This document shows, piece after piece, positions 13,601 through 26,394 of a DNA stretch of 38,053 bases (within the stretch, counting starts at the first letter, position 1; every line of letters begins with the position of its first letter). Source of the stretch: Bigelowiella natans CCMP2755 (taxonomy: Eukaryota; Protista; Cercozoa). The position numbers were made by a program, and so were the translations under genes. The notes under the pieces were generated by a model. That model made no database searches and was not told the origin of the DNA. It saw only the letters and a list, made by a program, of their open reading frames with translations. The stretch lies in the NCBI GenBank assembly GCA_000320545.1, contig ADNK01001097.1, forward strand, positions 1 to 38,053, in the 5' to 3' direction.

Positions 13601-16600
13601 AGCCATTTGGGCGTGAATACGCGTCTTCCAGATTCTCGCAAGATGAACTTGGGCCACAAAGCCCACCAAGAATCTAAATTGGCAATTAAATCATTTGTGG
13701 TGAAGTCTACCCTATGATTACATGAATAACTACCGTGCTTGAGCATTTCTCCTGTTCCCTGTCACAAAATCCCTCGTCGTTCACGATGCCAATTGGGGAA
13801 CACGGGCAACCGGTTTCACTGATCAAATCATACAATGGGGTATGTTAATGAGTCAAAGAGAGTCAACCCGTTTATTGATGAAAGCTCGCACCTTGTTGGA
13901 GACACGCAAGATTCTAGACTGAGGGCGCAGGCTCCATTGGGGCACCGAACTGGAAGCTCACTTGGACAAGTATTTATTCGAGGGCATAAGTTGATATCTG
14001 GACGACAGCTTCCGTCATCACAGCGGACCAATCCGGAGGTGCAAGCATGGAGAGTTGGACACTGGACTTCAGAATCGACACAAGAACCGTCGGTACATAG
14101 AACTGAGAAACGCTTAATGGAGAACACTCCATCAACTAGGATCTCCACCTCGGGACACACAGGCTTGACAACATCATAGGCTACTTGAGGACATAGTGAC
14201 TCCGAGGCTGCGCATAGCCCGCCTTCGCACCGAAATGGCTGGAAAGGAGGACAGGCGTTGTTGTAGTCGTCCTGAACCTGCCCCGAAGTGCAGAAATTGA
14301 TTCCAGGGGTGAGAGCAAATTCATCAAAGGTGACACATGACCCATCCAAGCAACGAATTTCGGTACTACTTGAACATCCATTGGCCAGAGGACAAGAGCC
14401 AGGAGAGGAGCAGGACCCGTCAGGGCAGGAAACTAAGCCATCATCACACGAAGTGATGTTCTGATTACATTGAGAAATACGCGAGACGCACTCGCCATCC
14501 TCACACTTAACCGGCCGGTCAAAGGGACATCCATTAATATCTGGGCACGATCCTGCATTGGGAGCACACAAGCCACCCAAACATAGAAATGGAAGGTAAT
14601 CGGGGCACCTTATAGGATCACATAGCGAAGCAGTGTCGTCAACGCAGCTTGAATCGCGACAATGTGACCAACGATTCGGACAGTCAAGCAATAAATTGGT
14701 GCTGCTAAGTGAGTCCTGGAACGGATCATCGCAAGAAAATACGCTCGAAGTGCAGCGGATGTTGGTCCCATCATTTAAACTCGAGATGTTCAGTGCAGCA
14801 CACTTCACAGGGAAATTTTGGGGATTGGGGCATGAGGTTGTTGAGGCGCAGTCCTCAACAGATGCAAAGCAGTCTCCATTGCTGCAGCGATAGGGCTGAT
14901 CGCTTGGGCACTGCGGTGGTTCTGGACAATCACCAGGTAATCTCCTACAGGTTTCGTCAAGGCATTTATACGGGGCCTGAGGGGGGCAGGAGACAGGCGT
15001 TCCGCATCCTACAACGCTAAGCTCCCATCCACCACCGGGACAAGGCACGCGGATAAATTCCTCCGGCCAGTCAGGACAAAATGAAGCATTGAAGCTGCAA
15101 GTACCGTCCAGACAGAGAACAGGCGTATCCACGGGGCAGGAATGATACGTAGGGCAGTTCGACAACTCCGATGCACATGAAGGAAATCCGGTTAAAGCTG
15201 AAGGACACGTGACCTCAGTCGTGGCGCATCCTCTATAAGCAACGGTCGAGCAATTCTCTCTGCATGTGCCATCAGGACAGCGCTGAAGAAGAACTGAATT
15301 CACTCGAGGACATGCAATAGCTGAGGGACAGGTTTCCAGCGTAGGTGCACAACCGAGGCCCGGGCATCTGATTAGACCATCTGGGCAGTCCATTAGGGTA
15401 GAAACAACCTCACAGTTGCTTCGAGAGGAGACGCAAGAACCGTCCTCACACTTGATAGGGAGGAGTGGTGGGCACTGGTATTGAGAGGGGCATTGTGTGA
15501 TATCATATCGACAGGAACCGTCCGGGCACGAAACAGATATATCGCTTGGACAAGGGTTTCTTTGATGAAGTGACTGACATGCAGCTGTGTTAGTTTGGCA
15601 AGATCCATCCGGACAGCGAATTGGCCTTGATGATGGACACGTGATGCCTGTTGGGCAACGTGAAAAATCCGACGCGCAGGAGCCGTCAGGGCATGTTACG
15701 ATGCTTTCATCATTGTATATATCCTAAGAGGTTCGCACGTATGTAAGTTCTTGGTGTGTTAAAAAAGTCAATAAACAAAATTAACATGATATTTTGTGGT
15801 AACCTGACAATCGGTGAGCATGGATGGTCTTCTACACTGATCTGCGCGCTCGCGACAGGTCCCGTCATCACAAAGTACTGGACGATCTGTTCCGTGGCAG
15901 GATGTTTGTGTTGGGCAGTGTTCGACGTTTTCCGTACAAGTCCCATCTGCACAACGAATTTGAGAGAGAGTACACCTCTGAGGTATTTCGCAACTTGAGA
16001 GACTCTCAGCACACGTGTTACTCTCGCAGAGGACCAATCCAGGGGGACAACTAACTTGCGAGGGGCACTCTTCGATTCTACTCGCGCAGGTTCCATCCTG
16101 ACAACGAATAAATCCATCTAGGCACCGATATACGCTTGGACAAGCGAGAAGGGAATCCTGACAACTTCCATCAGCGCAAACGACGCGACCAGCCCCGCAA
16201 GAAGGACGTGTTGGGCAATCAAAAGCGTTTGATCTGCAGATGTTATCATGGCACCGATAAGAACCCGAAGGGCAGGTGGCTGGACCAGAATCTCGGATGG
16301 CCACGTTGGGGCATCGAGTTGTATTACTTGCACACGAAGAGCCATCATCGCATATAAATGTTCCAGGAGGGCACACACGAGGCGATGGGCATTCCTCCAT
16401 AGAGGGGGCACACTGTGTGTATGATAGAGGGTCGACCTGTGAACACTGTACAAATCCAACCGGACACTCGAGGATATTGTCTGTACATTCGGAAGCAAAA
16501 TCCACACAAATTCCATTGCCGCAACGAACGCCGCCATTGAGACATGGGCAGCTTGTGATTCCTGCGACGCAAGAACCGTCAGCTGGACATGCAATAGGCT

Positions 16601-19600
16601 GGTTCACAGGACAGACTGTGACTTGCATGGAAGGACACAGAGCGTAAGAATTTACGCATATTCCGGAGAGTGGGTCATCATTGCATCTGTATTGGAGTGC
16701 TTGGTCCAGAGCAGCACATATTTGATTTCCTGCCAAGACACTTGCCAAATAAGAAAACCCTATCTGATTTCCCTGGTCAAGGCGAGGGAACTCCACACCC
16801 GAAAATTCATTATCTGTGAGAGTAATAACGGCACTGTAATTTCCGTCCCATTCAACTTCAAATGAAAGAACATCTGTGGTTCCTACTCTTTCCGACCTGC
16901 CAGAATTAACTACATAGTCTCTCTGGTTATGACTTAATGACATCTCATAGAAGAAGTCTCCGACAGTCACGAGATTGCCGAAAATATCGAACGCCGTGAT
17001 ACTCACTGTTATTGGGGATCCAACGATTCCTAAGATGTTCGTGACGTTTGGGCTAAATTCAAACACGAAAGAATTCCTAAATGCTATTGGAGTGCATGCT
17101 GTGTCCACGTCGAATCCTACTGAAAGTCCTCCAACTGTCGCTGAGATATTGAATGAACCAACCCTCTCGGCTGAAAAGGGAACTATGTACTGGCCATTTT
17201 GAATATAGGTCGAAGGAACCGTCACATTGAAAATCTCACTTTCTTCCACGATATTGGAGCAAAATTGGGTATCGGTGGGATTGCCGATTGAAACAGGGAG
17301 CGATGTATTCGTCCTTAAAAAATTCCCAAAGGCATCAGCAAGTTGGACGACGATACATTGCTGCGTCCCGACAATTAAGTTAAGCACATTTGAGGCTTGC
17401 AGACACATAGTACCAGCGGCATTCAATGATCCTACAGTTACAGTACGGCTACCTGAGGGATCAACTGGCTCCTCCAGCACTGTGAATTGATAGCAAGCAG
17501 CACCAATTCCATTGACGAAGATGAGTTGACGGTAATTTCCTGCTCTGACTCCACGGGTGATTATTACGCAATCCGAGTCTCTGCACGTAACATTAGTCGA
17601 GAACTCGTTTGTTGCATCAAATTCAGGAAAGTTTTGGATGAAGTTATCTTCAGCAGCTGTGCAAATAAAGGGAGTTGGAAGTGTGGAATCAATGAAATCG
17701 TTGGTTCGGTGCCCATCAAACCTCACAGTGATGTTCGCCACTCCAGTAGAGTTTGCAAAACGGGCATTCCCGAATGCGTCGAAAAGTTGTATATTTGTGA
17801 AAGCAGTAAAATTTGCTGAGAACGGAGAAGTATCATTGTTCAGATCCGGAAATGTCGAGGTCTGTTTTGTGATTATAGTCTGGGATGCCTCAGGAGGCCC
17901 AGCAAAAATATATGTCTCTTGGTCGAAAGCATTGATGACTACAGACGTGAAGTTATTGAACAGCGCAGATACGTACTCGAATGTGTAGGACGCGAATCCA
18001 TTTGCCTGTAAGACTCGATAGGTGTAATTGTACCGCCCTTCTCCCAGGGTAGTTGGAGTCAAAAAATTCTGACCAGGGCCATTGGTGATAGAGCTGAAGG
18101 ACGAGCCCGGAACTGAAATTGTAATGCGAAGGAGCAGGGTTGACTGCTTCCAATTGTTACCAAACCTATCTCGTAATGTGATAATGATGCTGTTATATTC
18201 ACCAGCAGTCAGGTTTGCAGGAATTGGTGGCGTTGTAAAACTTTGAACTGGATCGATATTGCCGGGTTCGATTTCAATACCCCGAGGACTCATCCCGATG
18301 TCAAATCCTCCAATCTGTACTGAAAAGTTAAGTCTTTCAGCGGGCCCCGTCGCCGGAAATATGGATGAAACGTTCGGCACCACGGTAATTCGGTAGGTTC
18401 CTAATAATCAACGAAAATATGAGGTGTATTAGTGTATAAATTGATAACCAAATTATGTTGCTATGATATGGAATCGTTGTCAATGGCAGAACTGGTACCT
18501 TGGATTGGAAGCTCAACAATATCGTTCAATGGAAAAATATTCTTTTGCAGAGATGCAATGAAAGAAAAGGGGGTTGATGTCATTTCCCCTGTGACAGGAT
18601 TTCCAAATGAATCCCTGAGATCCACTACAGCTTCGAATTCCTCTCCAGCGATGAACACGCCTAGTCAAAACATCAAACAAATTAGAAGGAAAACACTCAT
18701 ATAGTTCTGTAGATGGAAAATAGTGTTGGTCATACCAAAATTGACGGGAGCAACTGAGATTATTGAGCTATTTGCAGCTGCCGCAGCACCAGCAATTACG
18801 GTAAGAGTTTGGAAGTTTCCAAGTTCTAAAATTTCGTTTTCTCTTGCCACTATCCTGTACACAGCAGCAATCTGTGGAGTGAAAACGGCCTCATATCTAT
18901 TGAGAGCGAAGTTGAAGACTCCGGGGATTTCCATATTTTCTTGCTGAGGTGCGGTGACTAGGAAAGAGACATTGCGTAATCCCATCTTATAAGTGTTACC
19001 GTAGGCATCCATGATCACCGCAAACAGCCCGACGGAATTGCCAGCGACTACATTGCTGGCTTCAAGGGAGGTTGTCGACGACTGACCATCTGTTGAGCCT
19101 GGAATAACAACGATAGAATAGTTGTTGGGTGAGGTATTATCTGCACCCACGCGAAGTGTCAGAGTGTAGTTTCCTTCCGTTGTGATATGCTTAATCGCAG
19201 GGGTGTTCACAGTGACGTTGCATCCTGTGAATCCGGGAGAAATCTCTACATTCGAGGTACAGGTAGGGACTAGTGCATTTACAGGAGTTGCGTCCATAGA
19301 ATTACTAGAGGCATTAAAAAATATGACTTGGAAAGTCCGTGAGGTTGCGAGTTGAGTGCCGTTGAGGCCAAGATTGTTAATCTGGAAAATCTCTGGTACG
19401 TCCGGATCGAGCACCATTGCGAGGTTGGTTGCTGTTGCTCCGTTGGGACTATTATCCGATTGTAAAGTTGTTGGCATCAACTGCTGCACCAAGACTCCAG
19501 GTGAAGAGTTGTTCAAAAATATAAGCAAAACAAATTGAGGACTTGATGGGTTAAAAACAGGAACGGTGTAGTTAACAGTGTATAAGGGGGGCACTGTCGG

Positions 19601-22600
19601 TATTACAACTCCATTTACAGGCTCATCCGAACCGACAGTGAACTTATCAGATATGTTATTCAGCTGGAGATTGTTGAACTCGTCCAAAGCTTGGAAGGTA
19701 AACGTCGCGAACTCACCCTCGAGGCCACCAGCAGCTCCCTCTCCGAGAATATTTCCTATTTGGGTGGTATCTGCCGGAATTATTGTAACTGTTCGAGAGG
19801 TGAGGTTCTGTATCTCAGCGTTTGCTGGAGGGCTTGTTACAGTAATTAGATAGTTGCCTGCACAGTTTGGGAAGGCAGTGATCCAGCGGAATAGGTAACT
19901 GCCATTTCCGATGGAAGTGACGGTACTTGGTACTAATATTCCAGTTCCAACCTGCTGTATTGTAGCTGTGAACGTATCACCATCAGTGGTGACTTCGGAT
20001 CGCAAATTATTTTCGATATCCCTTGAAGTGACGACAAAGAAAGCAGCTTCGTCAGCCCTTGCGGTAAAATTGAGGATTTCAAGTTGTGACTGGGCACTAA
20101 TACTACCTGCGCGGACACTAACGACAAATGAAGATGAATTTTGGCCCATATCAAAAGCTTGGATAGACCAATTTCCAGACTGTCTAGGGTTGAAACTTGC
20201 CCGGTATCGTCCTCCTGTAAGTAGGAGGCACGTTGCAGAGGGACAAACTGTTATAAGGGTTGTGGTTGGTCCAACGAATTCAACTGAAAAACTGTTTGAG
20301 GCAGGGGTTACGCGTTCGTTCCCAAATTGATCACGGGTCTGAACGAGGACGAAATTAGCGTCACCGTCCACCTGATAGTTCGCTCCAGAGCTTTCGATGG
20401 TAAAATTTGCAACACTTGCATCCGTCGGTGTGATTGTTAGGGTGGTTGTTCCGATTTGCGTGGAGTTTAGCTCATATACGACAGAGAAAGCCCCAGTCTG
20501 GGAAAAAGCAATATTCGGAATCTCGATTTGACCCATCGCGTTAAACATGCTCGAGGAGAGAATAGCACCATCTATCCCAGCAATAGAGGCAATGACAGTT
20601 ACATTCCCCTCCGTTACTTGATTTCCAAACGCATCCTGAAGCGTAATTAGTGCAGTAAAACCAATATCTTCTGATGCTTCTTGGGTCACCGCCTGTGGAC
20701 CAACTGAAGATTGAACAGGTGCATTTGCAACGACTCTGGATATCACCACTGGTGATAAAACTAGATCTCGTGAATTTACCCGGACAAACATTAGGATGTT
20801 TTCGATTACATTTGTCAGAGTCACACTAATTGAGAAACGGTTTCCATCAACATGCTCAGCTGAGAAGACAGCAGCCACCTGGTCAAAACTCACTGCTAAG
20901 TTTGAAGCGCTATTGGGATCACTATGATTGTTTCCAAATTGATCTCGAGCGATAATGATTATTTCAACTGGGATTCCAGCAGTAAGGGTTAAAGGTCCAA
21001 GTGGATTGAAAGTAGATGTAAGTTCAGAAATAGGACCAAAAGTAAATTGCGCTTGGAATATTCCAATAGAATCGCCATTGAATCTGATATCAGAAGATAT
21101 GTTGCCTGCTTGCCTCTCTTGATAGAAAACGCCGTATATCTCTTGGTGGAATCCAAAAGTGACCTCATCCTAGCAGAAATGCAAATTTATGAATCAAACG
21201 TGAATTTATTCGGTATAGTTAAAAATTAAAAATTTTATTTTATATTTTCAGACCGCAGTGCCAGCGAACATTCCTGTTGGTGTAATAACTGGAGGTGCGA
21301 GATCATAGCATTCCCATGAAGCAGAGAAAACCATTTCCCAAGACATGGCGGCAATGTCGCAAGGAATTATCATTAGATCCAAAGCACACGGTGTCTGCCC
21401 CCCTCCATCACACGCCCCGGCCACAGTTGCAGTGAGATCTACTCCACAATTAGAAGCAAACTTAACCGAAACTGCACCCGTAGAACAATTTATCCCAGTG
21501 ACTAAATGCGTTGTGAAAAGGGGCCCATTCCAGGTTTGAGCAAAGGTAGTGAGTCCAAGACTTTGGCTCGTCGATACCGGACTGCCACATCCATCGAGTG
21601 GAATCAGAAGATAAGATGGGTTTGCTGGAAGCATGCTTGAGGGAAGCAGCTGTTTAGCTGTGCCAGATGCGACTCCAGTCGTGGCAAGTGAGATTGAAAA
21701 TGTTTCCGAGACGATGTCATTTTGAGTCTCAATGCGCTGAAAGCCTGGAGTTTCGTCAACGAAATATACTACCTCAACTTGCTGTACATTCGGGCTGGTA
21801 GGGCTGAACTGTAACAAGGGAGGGCGAGACGAAGCAAGACTCTCTCCGGCGATGAAACTTAGAACACCATTATTTATATTGTTCATCCTTACAATATCCG
21901 TGGTTCGTGTAAATTCAGATGTCACGGCATTGGTGGTCGCCATGTGTTGGCCATACTGTGACCATATGATATCTGCACCCGCGATAGTCGAGAATGTACC
22001 TGAAACTTGACGGTGCCAAACACTCCAATCTTGAATTTGGATTCCAAGCGAGTCAACACCACTGACACCGGCTGTAAACCCGACCCAAGCTCTTGGATTC
22101 CATGAACTTCTAATATCGTCATCAGAAATAATTAAAGATAGATCATCACAACCATCTGTCGTAATCCAAAGCTGAGAAGATTCTTCAGGGATGTATGAAA
22201 TTTTGACATTAAAATCCGTTGAAACTTGAGTGCACGTTGTAGTTCCAATATCTATTAGACCGTTAGCATTCAAATTAGATCTCGCAGTAACAATTAAACT
22301 TCCTAGATTCTCAGTCCACTGAAACGTAATGGCTAATGCTGAGGATATGGTCTCAAAATGCCTCCTGCCCGCTTCCCCTGCAGCCTCTGCGTCGTCGTTC
22401 TGAACCATAAACGCAAATCCGGAAAACCCGCTCGCAACTGGATTATTAGATGTACTTGTAACTCGAAAAGATGTGAGAAATCCGTCTCGCACATCAAGTT
22501 GAAACGGGTGCCAAGCACTAGTAGCAACATTTTGTTGTATTTCATCCAGTAGAAGTATTCGTTGGGCCTCAGTTTGAATAACGTTCTTCCTGTTAATATT

Positions 22601-23448
22601 CTGAGACAGAAATGGATAGAGCCCCTTTTCAATAATGCCCGCAGTCGTCACGTCGCACTAATAATAGTAGAAATTGATTATGGAACTTGTCAAAACTCAA
22701 TATTTTTGGCCGAAGTGTAAAGCATACCTGTCGCTGTCCCTCAACAACGTCAGGGAGTTGAATTCTAAGCTCAGGGGCAGCCAGGCAATTATGAGCATAC
22801 GCTACAAAAACCCGAAAATCCCCAGGGTTAAGTGATATTATCCCGCCATTAGAACCTCCGGTGTCCGTAAATGTGCTTCGAACATCGATGGATGTTGTGC
22901 AGCTGGACCCGCCCACAGGACAGAAACCGGCGAAGATGGTGCAGGTTCCAGAAACAATTAAGTTAGTAGGTTCGGTTACAGACACAATGGTGTCAAGAGT
23001 GAATGTGAAGAAGTTATTATGCGGTTCTCCTTCATTTCCGTAAAGAAGTCCATCCAGAGGGTAGAACTGCGAGCCAGGTGGACCAAACTAAGAAAATATA
23101 ATGTGTCAACTGTATCCATTTAAATGCAATAAAAAATCATTTCACCTCTAGAATCCCATTGCCTGTATCTTCAAACGCGATTGAGGTTGGAATTGCATTG
23201 AATGTGTCATTAGCGTTTGTCGAAAACCACTCCTCAAAACCCTCAAGAACAAAGGGATATCCAGGCTCAACTAACTTTGTAGCCATAGAGTTGGTCGTTG
23301 GATCAGATCCATCGAAGAAAGAGCGGGTAAAGTCCAATGCAGTGCCCTGAAGCCTTTTACTACCCAAAGCATCTGCAGAGGGGAAAATAAAGGCCCAAAA
23401 TATAGCAAGGGCTTGCAAAGCACGAATCATTGCTGTTTCCATCGCCAT
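10684..23448 (-). CDS. giant type I membrane protein (est. ~3700-3900 aa): signal peptide, fibro-slime/PA14-like, L-type lectin-like, Ig/filamin-like repeats, Cys-rich CxDGxC repeats, TM helix, coiled-coil tail
   Basis: Long minus-strand ORFs are separated by short AT-rich GT-AG introns, and the junctions I checked are in frame. Motifs in order: signal MIRALQALAIFWAFIFPSADA; FEEWF...FYPLDGLLYGNEGEPHNNFFTF; GFAFMVQN...AWVGFTAG...IQDWS; repeated (R/Q)DxFGN units; dozens of C(P/A)DG(S/T)C units (~16700-12400); TM IIAVLAVVGGMALVLLVLW (~11550-11610) followed by RVRRYR; tail ending DDDVNLAREEV* at 10684. Confidence 0.85.
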
Positions 23449-24488
23449 TAATTCATTAGAGTTGTAAGATATTCGAGAAACACATATTACATACAAATGA
23501 AAGGAACTGCAGGGGATTTCGAGCCTATTTCCAATCTCCGATTGACGGTTTTGACCCCATGTCAGCGTTTCGAAGGACTTCCGTTTCTTAAACTGAAAGC
23601 GTTTCGCTGCCTAAAATTATGAGAAAGAGCGCTTGCTGTGGATGTATGCAGGGCATTTGTAACTTCTCTCAGCACCAAATAGTCCTTTAAATGCCTGGAA
23701 TTTCTCTGCTGCGAAACGAAGAGAGCGGGAAAGCAGCACTGAAATACCTGGTGAAGACAACCACATCCTCGTGTCGTAGAGTCAATGGTTGCTTCCTTAT
23801 TGGCGATAAATATCCGCAGGCTCAGTGTTGTTCTTATCGGCTGGCACATGGATCACGCGTGCGTATTTGTTATTTTTTTCTCACCAATTGCTGGAAAATT
23901 TTGTCGGCATGAACTTAGTTCCAACGTTGCGCAGCGGTTCTGCCACGGGAAATACGACAATTTTCTTGTCGCACTTTAGACATGTAGGTTGATTTGGAAA
24001 GGACATCCAATGCGCTCTCAAATGGTGTGCCCTCCTTGTGCAGGCTCTAGATTCTGCAATTCGAACTTCGGAACATCAGTTTCAACTACATGTATTACGC
24101 TGCAAGAGGCTATGTCTTGAGCGAAAAAGTATTGACTCTTCCTCGCGTTGACAACTATGATAGGTGAAATGAGGACGTTGATTGGCAGTGAAGAGAACAC
24201 TGGAGATGGAAAAATGTTGACGCTGGGAACTCCTCTCGGAGCTCAAATTAATTACAAAGGAGATGGCGGTAACCATGTAAAGCTTATTGCTACTGAATCT
24301 GACCTACACCTAGATACTACAACATAGGGTTTCACACGATGTTACGTAAAACAGAGCGTGAAAAAGAGGTTCAAATATTACTATAGTCTGTAGAATTATG
24401 TATTACATCGTATCGAACAAATTGTTCAGCTACAAAAGAATGACACATCCTGCACATGTCAACGATTTTTGAATGATAGTTATGGATC

Positions 24489-26391
24489 TTGACACGAAGT
24501 ATTGTGGGCTGGCTGAGCCAAGCAACAGAAATGGATGTTTTCGCGAGAGAGAAGATTGATGCCGATATTGAAAACTATCCATCGACAGATGGTTTAGATG
24601 AAAGACTATTTGAAGAAGAAGAACGAATTCTTTGGCAAGAGTTGAGAAGAGGTGACGTGATGCAGAAGGTGATAAGCAAATTCTTCTATGAAGTAATTAT
24701 GATTGAAAAATAATCAATTGAAAAACTTTCAGAATTTACTTTATTCATGCAAATAAAAGGTGCTTTTGAAGGCGGACAAGGGTTTGCTTCCATTGCTCAC
24801 GGCAAAAGATATGAAAAAAAGTATGAATATTAGGGGAGTTTACCTTTTGTGAATTTTGTTGACATTACTTCACGAAACGATAATGCAGCAAAGAATTCTA
24901 CATTTCACAGCTTTGAAAATCTACAAAACATTCTAAATGTAACGACACTTTGTAAAGAACGATCGAAATTTGGAAAATAATAGATTATATTTTATAGGCT
25001 GCAAAATCGCTGGGAGTGGGAATAAAAGCTGATGTGTCTGCTGAAGATTTCTTCTCTAAAACAAGGCGGAGGTTATATGAATTCGATGAGGTATGCAAGT
25101 TCTTACCATATTTGTCAATGATTTGGTAGGGAAGCGCTCTTTTTCCTGTCTGATCTCATCGATGCAGCTTATCAGAGATCAAAAGTGAGGAAGAGAATGA
25201 ACGCGCAATTTAATAAGATTTTTTTTTCCAAACCGAGGTAAAGAATACAATAACTATAGGAGAAAGGAGACAGCCAGTTACCACCTCCTCCTCTGACAGC
25301 TGCGAACGAAAAAATCGAGACTGTAATGAGCCGTGGGAACGCTGCGTTGGATCAAACATCTACTTATCCAGTATCTTGATATTTACCCAATTTACTTTTA
25401 TGGTGAATCTGAAAGCGCATAGCCACTGTCTAAAATTATTTCTAATAATTTAGGCTCTACAGAATGTTTTGAAACAATCGAATGTCGATTCCAAGGTTTC
25501 CTCAATATTAAAAAGTTTCTCGGATATTCTATGTCAAAAGGTTCTAAATTATCAGGAACAGTTCATAATGCTCCATAATCCACTTGAGTATACTCTAGGT
25601 TTGCGATGGTTTCTATCTTCTCGATGGGAATGTTCCCATATATGTGGCAGTCATGGAGGTATATCTTATCATTCAGTGATGACATGCTCATCTCAATTTT
25701 CTGAAGGACTTGATAATCACCCGAACTGAGCTTGGATGGGAATTTTTGAGGTTAGTGATATGGTTTGTGAAATGTTATGATGTTAATTCTTTATACTTGC
25801 AGATCTTTCGTAAAAAGGCATCAGAAAATACAAAAATCTCTTCATCGTGATCGTCGAAGGTAAGTCCCACATTTTAATAGTCTTCTTGCTGTTGAACCTA
25901 GTACATCTACCTATTTTCCACAAGAATATGTTATCTGATCGAGAAATCTGACAATGGAGAAATGTATAAAAATGTAAAGATCAAGTTCTCGAAGGGGGGA
26001 ACTCTTGAAGCGATTTGCTAGAGCTACAAGCCAAAGTCCGACAGATTTATTTTCGAACAGAAATTCGCCAATCACAAAAAGATCTTCAGAAAGTAGAGCA
26101 AAGAGGAATAGCCGCAATTCTCCAAGGAGGAAGCTCTCGGGAAGCATTAAAAAAAATACCTCTCCCATAAAAAATGAAACTAAGTGGTATGAGAAAGAGG
26201 CGAAAGAAGTTCACAGTCCAGCGTCTGCGTCAAACGGCACAGGAGCATTATGTAAGCAACAAGACATAGCATTCGATCATTCTGTTCCAGGATTTATGGA
26301 TGCTGACAATATATTTTCGGCAAATAACACACATCTGAAACGAACAAGACATTGCAGATGTTGCAGATGTCACAGCTTAGGAAGAAAATGA
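24489..26391 (+). CDS. divergent GAS2-like protein (calponin-homology domain + GAR-like domain + basic Ser/Arg tail); 5' end uncertain
   Basis: Short-intron exons give CH-like pieces (IVGWLSQ; LWQELRRGDVMQKVL; FHSFENLQNILNAAKSLGV...SAEDF; EALFFLSDL). They also give ILCQK-VCDGFYLLDGNVPIYVAVME-DLIITRTELGWEFL-RSFVKRH, which follows the GAR pattern (V-R-VGGGW-x-x-L-x-x-F). Some CH-region junctions were not resolved. Confidence 0.55.
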
Positions 26392-26394
26392 TTA

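Noticed and set aside
12190-23350. Many plus-strand and alternative-frame ORFs over the giant gene
   Set aside because: Shadow ORFs of a long coding sequence.
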